In this document: positions 53,660 through 64,000 of the stretch, piece after piece
How positions within the stretch are numbered: position 1 is the first letter of the stretch
How the letters are laid out: every line of letters begins with the position of its first letter
From: Convolutriloba macropyga
Lineage: Eukaryota
DNA length: 64,000 nucleotides
Direction of reading: 5' to 3'
NCBI RefSeq assembly: GCF_964194025.1
Contig: NC_134473.1
Coordinates: forward strand, 74,834,001 to 74,898,000
The notes under the pieces: generated by a model
Database searches by the model: none
The model's input: only the letters and a program-made list of their open reading frames with translations
Told to the model about the DNA's origin: nothing
Translations under genes and position numbers: made by a program

Positions 53660-55040
53660 AAACGTATATTCTTATTACCGTCTTACTCATCACGAAGAAA
53701 AAGGACACTAGAAATTGTCTGAATGTATACCAGCGGAAGCATATTCAACCAAAATGCGTATTAAAATACAAAAGTGTAGTAATAAATACAAAACAGACCG
53801 ACTACTCGGCTTTGTCAATTATTTTACACATCAAATCCAAAAATTTTCCAGGTATTCTCAAATGTCGGACGATTATCTAATTCCCAAATTTTTTATTCTG
53901 ATGTTTAACAGTCAAACTTTAGAAGATAATGTACCACCCTTCACATTATTAAATTGTCAGTAAGGCTCTTAGAGCTCTCCAGTCACTCCGGGTTTTACAT
54001 GTTTATACCAGAAGTCAAAAGGATTAGGCTAAAAAGTGCTCAAGCGAAAAAAAGCATTGATAAAGACCACTGGAATAATGATTGCTACAAACTTTAACGA
54101 AGACAGCAGCTCAAAGAAAAAGTTATTGCCAATTAAAAACAAACGTTTTCGAACTTTCCGTTCTTCATGTCGACTTAAAATTGATGCACAACCGAATAAA
54201 AAGATATACAAAGTAAATAATGATGCCTGTCGCTGAGTTAAAAACTCATGACCATCGAAGATATACATCAGCAAGCTGAAGCTGGGGCTAAAAACAACCG
54301 ACAAATATCGGGGACGGGAACTCACGCCAAAAAATTAGTTAAAAATAATATTTAACTTAATTATATGGCAAAACCAATTTTGTGCATAGTAAAACGAAAC
54401 CCTCACAGGAGGCATGCAACGACAAGCGCAAATATCTTGAATGATTCTAGGAATACAAATCATTGCCTAAACCAAAAATACAATAACATGGCCTAAACAA
54501 AAACATCGCCTAAACAAAATATTGTAGAAGGGACTGTTCATCGCGTTTTTAGAAGCACTAGCACGTGGCAAAGTTTTGACAAAGCTCTGAAAGATAATAC
54601 AAATATATGGCTAAAAGATTAATATCCTGAAAGTCGGACTTCCAAGATAATCAACGATGCTTTACAGAAAATCACAATTAAACCTCAATTGAAAAATGAA
54701 GGCGAGAAGGAACAACTGAGGGGACAAAAATTGCCAGCGAAAGAGGTGAAACCATTACTTTTCCTGCAGTATCGAGGTACCATCAGCCTGCAATTGAAAC
54801 GAAAATTGGAAAAACGTGCGAATCGAAAACCATATTCACACCGCGAAAAATATGTACTTGCCTACCATCACTGCGATCTATTTTTGATAGCGATCTGAAT
54901 CCTCATGTGGTCTACGAGCTCAGTTATTGTGAATGCAGTTCTACCTATGTTGGACAAACGTGTCGACATTTCGCCACGAGAACTTCTGAGCTTCAAAAAA
55001 CCGATTCAACGGTGGGACATGTAGTGGAATGCTGTAGTGG
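53660..55040 (+). mobile_element. Rearranged Penelope-like element fragments, copy A (pLTR-like leader, possible ORF start, endonuclease C-terminus, thumb/linker plus GIY-YIG)
   Basis: KLMTIE...KYRGRELT at 54240-54338; NIVEGTVHRVFRSTSTWQSFDKAL; HVVYELSYCECSSTYVGQTCRHFATR at ~54900-54980. Homologous to 60021-61400. Confidence 0.85.
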
Positions 55041-55501
55041 AATTGTTCGAGTAATTTAACAATTTTTTATCGATTTCAAACACTTTTTAGCCAAACAAAA
55101 AATCTGGAAGAGTTTTCAATTGATATCGAGAACAGGTAAATTTCGCTCTAACAAAGAGCAGATAGAAAAAAAGATAGTGTCAGAATTGAGAGTGTACTTT
55201 AGCTTGTTTGATAATCTGGGTTTTAAAAATTCGCTAGCTTAAAAGTAATTCATCAGAGTTTTTTGTCACAAGATTTGGGGATTGATTCCCCTGGGTAAGG
55301 TCTAGAATTGTTGATTTTTAAAAGATCACAACATTTGTCTTTTATTGTTGAAACTTCATCTTTCATTACAGCCTCCAATTCGCGTTGCTTTGAAGTTTTG
55401 GCAGCTAGCTTTCTAAAATTATTATTTAAATCGATTAACTGCAATATGAGAACTTTGAAGAACTGTGATCCAGTGACGAGGATCCTGAGATCCAGAGGTC
55501 A

Positions 55502-55870
55502 ACCATGAAGAGCCTGTTGACCCTAGCCGTAACAAATGTCCACTTTCAGAGTAAAAAAATTGGTACACTCAATCGGAATGTTTAGCATGCGAGAACAAAA
55601 CTCCTGACATTAGGGAAATGTTCATCGATTGTAAGCGGCGCGTTACATTCCGAGGGAAATGAGATGAGTCAGGTGGGAATCATGCAAAAACTGGTTTCAA
55701 GCAAAAGGCCAAGCTAGCACTGACACGGAGTGTAGAAAAATGCAGGAAAATTTATGGATCTGCTCATATTGTGCAAGAAAATGTACGACAGAGGACACAC
55801 AGGAAATAAAACCGTCCAAGAGGTATTTGGATGACATAGTCTGCACTGTCAAGAGTAAACCCTCTAGAAT
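55502..55870 (+). pseudogene. Penelope-type RT fragment with an internal PHD-like zinc finger
   Basis: MKSLLTLAVTNVHFQ..WYTQSECLA (motif B' region), then IDCKRRVTFRGK / ESCKNWFQAKGQ...LWICSYC, then KRYLDDIVCTV with the second half of the finger in frame with YLDD. Confidence 0.75.
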
Positions 55871-56589
55871 ACCTTGAGTTTGCAAGTTCTCTTGACTTGA
55901 TAAAAGTTAATTAAAAATTTTATCAATCCCAACAAGTGAAAGAGAACAACAAATAGGAAACTAAAAACTCCTTTTTTGGAACAAAGAACATCATACTCAA
56001 GAATCTCAAAAACTTCGGAACAAAGATTGAAATAAATTTGGCGTGATACATGTAAATAAAATGTTGAAAATTTGATTTCAACAGTATTTAATCTCAAAAA
56101 TTTGTTGTTATTTTAATTCTACTTCTAGAAATATATAAATATTTTCAAAGACAAGTTTGTTTACTTTGTAAGTAAATCTGGTCGATTGTTAAACCTGACA
56201 ATGAACGCAATGTTTGTGGCAGTTGCGTTTCGAGATTTTGTTTTTCGAGGCTGACTGTCTTTTATTAATTAGTTTATCCCGTATTTCTGTCAAATAATTC
56301 TTTGCAGTTTTCTTATACTTTGTTTTTGCGGCCTGCATCAATGCGATGGATTCTGAGACGACACTTGGGTTAATCATGTGAAATGTTCAAAACGGCCACC
56401 TTTTTCAGTATTTATAACGTCAAATCACGATATGACTTTTTGGCCTAACTTGAAAGTGATTTGAAGTGTGGCTTATACACAGTGCCTTTGGGACGGGGTC
56501 TAATCTGAAGTTGATTTAGACCAGCAGTAGATGCATAATGTCATTGTTGGTCTCATCTAGGGTGAACTCGGTACAATTAGCAACGTATC

Positions 56590-58030
56590 CTATGTCCTTT
56601 TCGAGCGTGATGTCGTCATTGGCTCTATGGCAAATAATTGGTTCTTTTTGAAGCTTTTGTTGTAGGTTTTCATTTCAACCCAGTCCCAAGACTTCGGAAA
56701 GTTTTCTTCAACATTGATTACGAATCGCTTAGAGCAATGTCTGAAATACCATTCTGGAAACAACTTCATATTATTTTAAAGGTGGCTCGGTAGGAAAACA
56801 GAAATGTACAGCCTTTGGTAATAGATTCCGGACCGGTTCATGAGTACAAAAAGCAGTTCTTTTAAATTGACGATTTGGAAAAAACAAGTGTCTGCTTGTA
56901 TGCATTTGCCGCGATTTATAATGTTGTCAGAAAAAAAACAGTTGTCACTAAATATACAGTAAGTAAACGATTTATGTAAAAACAAACATTTTTTATTGAA
57001 CTGGTTACAGATCAATTGAAGCAGAAGTAACGCTGTAGTAACCTCTAAATAGAACGTATGACCAGCTTGTAAGTTTAAAAAATACAGGCAGCATTCAAAG
57101 TAAAATCTGTTATTATAACTAACAGGGACCAATGTGGGTAAGCACAACCATGAGAAATTCCTAAAATGATTAGAGAAAATTGTAAAAATGAACCAATATA
57201 AATTACTCATTGATATAAACACAACCAACCTCCAAAATAAAAATCTCGACCCATTCATTCAGCTGCCTTTCTATAACCAAAAAAAACTTCTTCTTATTCA
57301 TCTCTGTAACAACACTTATAACCTCATTCTTCAAAATCTTAACTCTGTAACTTTTGACGCTGTAACATCGTTCAGTATTTCTAACTCTAAAATTAAATAA
57401 AATCTTCGACTTTAAACATTTTTCTTAGCTTACACCCGAGAAGTGAAGTGCTTTACATATAGCATAAGACGATGTGTAGTAACCCCTATATAGAACATAT
57501 TGCACGGACGATGTGTAGTAACCCCTATATAGAACGTATGACATGCTTGTAAATTACAAAAACAGACACCATTCAATAAATTCACCATGACTATTAGTAA
57601 TGGAAACAAATGTAATTAGAAGCAAAATGGATTTTAACAGAAAACCAAACGCATCATAAATTATGATGGGATACGCCAATGCTTGTTTGTTTTTGACGCG
57701 ATTGGTCAAGCAGGCAAACCTGTTATCTGTTATTTCGCAAACTGGTTAGAGAAAATGATAAATTAAACCGAGGTAAATTAATCATTGATGTGAACACAAC
57801 CCACCACTATAATTAAAAACTCAACTATTTTATTCAGCTGCCTGTCTCCGAGCAATAAAACTTCTTCTTATTCATCTCTGCAACAATTTTTTGATAACTT
57901 AATATTTCAAATCTTTAACTCTGCAACAATTGAGTTTATAACATTGTTAAGAATTTCTAATTTTTGAATTAAATAGAGTCTTTGACTGAAAGCATTTTCT
58001 GTTGCTTACACCCAAGAAGCAAAGTGCTTT
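56590..58030 (+). repeat. Diverged repeat modules associated with the PLE cluster
   Basis: 56590-57310 is homologous to 59270-60005. The segments 57050-57455 and 57530-58030 are tandem diverged units sharing TAGAACGTATGAC, TTAGAGAAAAT, ATTCAGCTGCCT, CTTCTTATTCATCTCTG and GCTTACACCC. Confidence 0.8.
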
Positions 58031-61000
58031 TTAGAAAACCCCCAACCAAAACTATAACTGAATAAAGTGCACGGATATTACATTGGCAACAGAGATTTTA
58101 AATTAACTAAATATTTAACAGAGTTTCTGTAGAAAGACAAACAAGAAAAGCACTTTAATACTGAAAACAAAAATGCTCAGAAAGCGAAAAAGGGTTAAGA
58201 TTGGGATAACAAATCAGAATTCAATTCAGCTCTTCATTTGTCTTGCATACGTTAGTTTACAAGAACTCTAGGAATATCAGAGTCCCATTGAAACTCCTCG
58301 TGGGAACTTATTTGTGTGGGAGCACTCTATTACTCGTTTGTAAAAAATGGATCTAGAGTGCGGGGAAAGAGTGTTGCTAACTTACAGTGCGCACTGCTCC
58401 TGTTGTTTTGTTCGTTTTGTCCTGTCGTTTTGTTAAAATTTTATTGTGATCCTAGTTGCAATTGTGAGTTGTTGACTACGAACGGCGAAAGAAAAAAAAA
58501 TCCTGAAACTGAAGGAAAAGTGTTGTTACTTTTAAATTGTTTAAATCGATCAGACATCAAAAAAGAATGCAATAATTACAGAAAGTTAATTCAACTAATT
58601 TTGTTCTTTAGGTAATTATAGCAGTAGAATATAGAAATAGAATTTTAAAAAAAGAAATAAAGAAATAGAGATGGGAATTTAGTTGAAAGTAATTTGAAGT
58701 TTATAACAATCTAGGTGGAACAGTCATTAAAAATAAAACTGTATTTTAAAAATCTTTACAAAAATAATAAATAAATACATTTTTAAACAATCAATTGAAC
58801 CATTTCAAAAAATTATTAGGAAAGAAAATGGAGAGAACAGAATTTAGTGACGATCTTTTCTCCAAATACTTTGGAGAAACTGACCTCTTAAACAAAAAAA
58901 AGATCTTAAAAAGTATATAATTCGGGTAAGTGAACGTTAAGATGAGATTGTAGGGGCTCGACTCTACGAATGCTATTACCGGAAGCTTATACCGGTTCAA
59001 ACGATTTTGAGAGCTAAGGGACGCACTCTAAGCAACTATTACAAAAGCGGAAAAGAACAGACGGAGATCCAGCCCGCCAAATTAATGAACGGGCACGTTA
59101 CTTTTAATCTAAGCTACAAAAACCTGCCATTCTAGCGCACTTCACCGCAAGCTACAAGAGAAAACTATGATGAGTGCGTTAAAGTTTTTTGAGAACACTT
59201 AGCAAAAAACGGATTGTTTTCCGAGACAACTTGCTCGCCGAACTCAGCAGCCAGGAGAAAAACTAACGTATTCGATGTCCTTTTCGAGCTGGATGTTATC
59301 ATTGGCTCTATGGATAATAATTGGTTCTGTTTGAAGCTCTTGTTTTAGGTTTTGATTTCAACCCAGTCCCTAGACTTCAGCAAGTTTTCGTCAATCTTGA
59401 CTACGAATTGCTCAGAGCATTGTCTGAAGTACCATTCTGGAAACAACTTAATATTATTTTAAAGGTGGCTTGGTAGGGAAATATAAATGTAAATTCTTTG
59501 GCATTAGAATCTGGACTGATTCACGAGTACAAAAAGCAGTTCTTAAAAATTGACAATTGGGAAAAAAGTGTCTGCTTGTATGCAGTTGCCGCGAAGTATA
59601 ATGTTGTTAGAGAAAAATACAGCTGTCACTAAGTATACAGTAAGTAAACGATTTATGTAAAAACAAACATTTTTTATTGAACTGGTTACAGATCAATTGA
59701 AGCAGAAGTAACGCTGTAATATCCTTTAAATAGAACGTATGACCAGCTTGTAAGATTAAAAAACACGGACAGCATTCGAAATTTTTAGAAATAATATCTG
59801 TTAGTTTAACTAACAGGGACCCATGCGGGTAAGCACAACAATGCGAAATTCCTAAAATGGTTAGAGAAAATGGTAAAAATATACCAGGTTAAATAACTCA
59901 TTGATATAAACACAACCAAACACGATAATAAAAACTCAACTCATTCCTTCAGCTGCCTTTCTATAAGCAAAAAAAGCCTCTTCTCATTCATCTATGTAAC
60001 AACATTTCTCAAAACTTCGAAAACGTATATTCTTATTACCGTCTTACTCATCACTAAGAAAAAGGACACTAGAAATTGTCTGAATGTATGCAAGCGGAAT
60101 CTTTTTCAACCAAAATGCGTATTAAAATACAAAAGTGTAGTAATAAATACAAAACAGACCAACTATTCAACTTTGTCAATTATTTTACATTTCAAACCCA
60201 AAAATTTTCCAGGTATTCTCAAATGTCGGACGATTATCTAACTCCCAAATTTTTTATTCTGATGTTTAATAGTCAAACTGTCGAAGATAATGTACCACCC
60301 TTCACATTTCTAAATTGTCAGTAAGGCTCTCAGAGCTCTCCAGTCACTCCGGGTTTTACATGTTTATACCAGAAGTCAAAAAGATTAGGCTATAAAGTGC
60401 TCAAGCGAAAAAAAATCATTGATAAAGACCACTGGAATAATTATTGCTACAAACTTTAACGAAGACAGCAGCTCAAAGAAAAAGTTATTGCCAATTAAAA
60501 ACAAACGTTTTCGAACTTTCCGTTCTTCATGTTGACTTAAAATTAATGCACAACCGAAAAAAATGATTTACAAAGTAAATAATGATGCCTGTCGCTGAGT
60601 TAAAAACTCATGACCATCAAAGATATACATCAGCAAGTTGAAGCTGGGACTAAAAGCAACCGATAAATATCGGGGACGGGAACTCACGCTAAAATATTAG
60701 TTAAAAATAATATTTAACTGAATTATATGGCAAAACCAATTTTTTGCATGGTAAAACGAAACCCTCACAGGAGGGATGCAACGACAAGCGCAAATATCTT
60801 GAATGATTCTAGGAATACAAATCATTGCCCAAACAAAAAATACAAAAACATGGCCTAAACAAAAACATGGCCTAAACAAAATATTGTAGAAGGGACTGTT
60901 CATCGCGTTTTTAGAAGCACTAGCATGTGGCAAAGTTTTGACAAAGCTCTGAAAGATAATAGAAAAATATGGCTAGAAAATTATAATCCTGAAAGTCGGA

Positions 61001-64000
61001 CTTCCAAGATAATCAACGATGCTTTACAGAAAATCATAATTAAACCTCAATTGAAAAATGCAGGCGAGAAGGAACAACCGAGGGGACAAAAATTGCCAGC
61101 AGAGAAGTGAAACCATTTTTTTTTCCTGCAGTATGGAGGTACCATCAGCCTGCAATTGAAACGAAAATTGAAAAAACGTGCGAATCGAAAACCATATTCA
61201 CACCTCGAAAAATATGTACTTGCCTACCATCACTGCGATCTATTTTTGATAGCGATCTGAATCCTCATGTGGTCTACGAGCTCAGTTATTGTGAATGCAG
61301 TTCTACCTATGTTGGACAAACGTGTCGACATTTGGCCACGAGAACTTCTGAGCTTCAAAAAACCCATTCACCGGTTGGACAACATGTAGTGGAATGCTGC
61401 GGGGCTCTAACGGCTTTCAATTATAAGATAAATAATCCGTGCCAGGATAGAAAAAAACTTATGACCATAGAAGCTCTACATATTGCACGGACGATGTGTA
61501 GTAACCCCTATATAGAACGTATGACATGCTTGTAAATTACAAAAACAGACACCATTCAATAAATTCACCATGACTATTAGTAATGGAAACAAATGTAATT
61601 AGAAGCAAAATGGATTTTAACAGAAAACCAAACGCATCATAAATTATGATGGGATACGCCAATGCTTGTTTGTTTTTGACGCGATTGGTCAAGCAGGCAA
61701 ACCTGTTATCTGTTATTTCGCAAACTGGTTAGAGAAAATGATAAATTAAACCGAGGTAAATTAATCATTGATGTGAACACAACCCACCACTATAATTAAA
61801 AACTCAACTATTTTATTCAGCTGCCTGTCTCCGAGCAATAAAACTTCTTCTTATTCATCTCTGCAACAATTTTTTGATAACTTAATATTTCAAATCTTTA
61901 ACTCTGCAACAATTGAGTTTATAACATTGTTAAGAATTTCTAATTTTTGAATTAAATAGAGTCTTTGACTGAAAGCATTTCCTGTTGCTTACACCCAAGA
62001 AGCAAAGTGCTTTTTAGAAAACCCCCAACCAAAACTATAACTGAATAAAGTGCACGGATATTACATTGGCAACAGAGATTTTAAATTAACTAAATATTTA
62101 ACAGAGTTTCTGTAGAAAGACAAACAAGAAAAGCACTTTAATACTGAAAACAAAAATGCTCAGAAAGCGAAAAAGGGTTAAGATTGGGATAACAAATCAG
62201 AATTCAATTCAGCTCTTCATTTGTCTTGCATACGTTAGTTTACAAGAACTCTAGGAATATCAGAGTCCCATTGAAACTCCTCGTGGGAACTTATTTGTGT
62301 GGGAGCACTCTATTACTCGTTTGTAAAAAATGGATCTAGAGTGCGGGGAAAGAGTGTTGCTAACTTACAGTGCGCACTGCTCCTGTTGTTTTGTTCGTTT
62401 TGTCCTGTCGTTTTGTTAAAATTTTATTGTGATCCTAGTTGTAATTGTGAGTTGTTGACTACGAACGGCGAAAGAAAAAAAAATCCTGAAACTGAAGGAA
62501 AAGTGTTGTTACTTTTAAATTGTTTAAATCGATCAGACATCAAAAAAGAATGCAATAATTACAGAAAGTTAATTCAACTAATTTTGTTCTTTAGGTAATT
62601 ATAGCAGTAGAATACAGAAATAGAATTTTAAAAAAAGAAATAAAGAAATAGAGATGGGAATTTAGTTGAAAGTAATTTGAAGTTTATAACAATCTAGGTG
62701 GGACAGTCATTAAAAATAAAACTGTATTTTAAAAATCTTTACAAAAATAATAAATAAATACATTTTTAAACAATCAATTGAACCATTTCAAAAAATTATT
62801 AGGAAAGAAAATGGAGAGAACAGAATTTAGTGACGATCTTTTCTCCAAATACTTTGGAGAAACTGACCTCTTAAACAAAAAAAAGATCTTAAAAAGTATA
62901 TAATTCGGGTAAGTGAACGTTAAGATGAGATTGTAGGGGCTCGACTCTACGAATGCTATTACCGGAAGCTTATACCGGTTCAAACGATTGTGAGAGCTAA
63001 GGGACGCACTCTAAGCAACTATTACAAAAGCGGAAAAGAACAGACGGAGATCCAGCCCGCCAAATTAATGAACGGGCACGTTACTTTTAATCTAAGCTAC
63101 AAAAACCTGCCATTCTAGCGCACTTCACCGCAAGCTACAAGAGAAAACTATGATGAGTGCGTTAAAGTTTTTTGAGAACACTTAGCAAAAAACGGATTGT
63201 TTTCCGAGACAACTTGCTCGCCGAACTCAGCAGCCAGGAGAAAAACTAACGTATTCGATGTCCTTTTCGAGCTGGATGTTATCATTGGCTCTATGGATAA
63301 TAATTGGTTCTGTTTGAAGCTCTTGTTTTAGGTTTTGATTTCAACCCAGTCCCTAGACTTCAGCAAGTTTTCGTCAATCTTGACTACGAATCGCTCAGAG
63401 CATTGTCTGAAGTACCATTCTGGAAACAACTTGATATTATTTTAAAGGTGGCTTGGTAGGGAAATATAAATGTAAATTCGTGGTATTAGAATCTGGACTG
63501 ATTCACGAGTACAAAAAGCAGTTCTTAAAAATTGACAATTGGGAAAAAAGTGTCTGCTTGTATGCAGTTGTCGCGAAGTATAATGTTGTTAGAGAAAAAT
63601 ACAGCTGTCACTAAGTATACAGTAAGTAAACGATTTATGTAAAAACAAACATTTTTTATTGAACTGGTTACAGATCAATTGAAGCAGAAGTAACGCTGTA
63701 ATATCCTTTAAATAGAACGTATGACCAGCTTGTAAGATTAAAAAACACGGACAGCATTCGAAATTTTTAGAAATAATATCTGTTAGTTTAACTAACAGGG
63801 ACCCATGCGGGTAAGCACAACAATGCGAAATTCCTAAAATGGTTAGAGAAAATGGTAAAAATATACCAGGTTAAATAACTCATTGATATAAACACAACCA
63901 AACACGATAATAAAAACTCAACTCATTCCTTCAGCTGCCTTTCTATAAGCAAAAAAACCCTCTTCTCATTCATCTATGTAACAACATTTCTCAAAACTTC
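57495..64000 (+). repeat. Recent tandem duplication with a 3983-bp unit (57495-61477; second copy from 61478 to beyond the window)
   Basis: Identical ORF-track entries offset by 3983 (58316/62299, 58791/62774). I spotted only about a dozen substitutions over ~2.5 kb. Confidence 0.97.
60021..61484 (+). mobile_element. Rearranged Penelope-like element fragments, copy B
   Basis: Colinear with copy A; YRGRELTLKY* at ~60670-60700; GIY-YIG HVVYELSYCECSSTYVGQTCRHLATR...SPVGQH...KLMTIEALHI (61107-61484). Confidence 0.9.

Noticed and set aside
55040-55500. Minus-strand coiled-coil-like ORF piece as an inverted PLE N-terminus
   Set aside because: Plausible, but no diagnostic motif could be recognised.
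58316-58615. 99-aa ORF repeated identically at 62299-62598
   Set aside because: The identity is explained by the recent duplication; non-ATG start and no recognisable domain.

Overview
This is an AT-rich eukaryotic (metazoan-like) window with spliceosomal introns and a 200-N assembly gap; no prokaryotic systems are present. From left to right: (1) a decayed Gypsy-type LTR retrotransposon on the minus strand (1-6410) that runs off the left edge; (2) a small 3-exon gene for a 145-aa type-I membrane protein with 11-mer amphipathic repeats (about 12.7-14.9 kb); (3) a full-length but decayed BEL/Pao LTR retrotransposon (16980-25438) with ~1.28-kb LTRs and a CATGT target-site duplication; (4) a 3-exon SLC9B/NHA-type Na+/H+ antiporter gene (minus strand, 710 aa) whose exon 2 is bracketed by two inverted copies of a 265-bp foldback element; (5) a head-to-head, partly reconstructed TPR-protein gene on the plus strand; (6) an intact FBXO9 with no introns in its CDS, probably nested antisense in a TPR-gene intron; (7) a ~10-kb cluster of Penelope-like element (PLE) fragments with a recent 3,983-bp tandem duplication. 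The most unusual signal is a PLE reverse-transcriptase remnant in which a PHD-type zinc finger sits inside the RT, between motif B' and the YxDD motif. Repeated hammerhead-like motifs occur nearby. All family assignments come from reading motifs by eye; no database searches were run.
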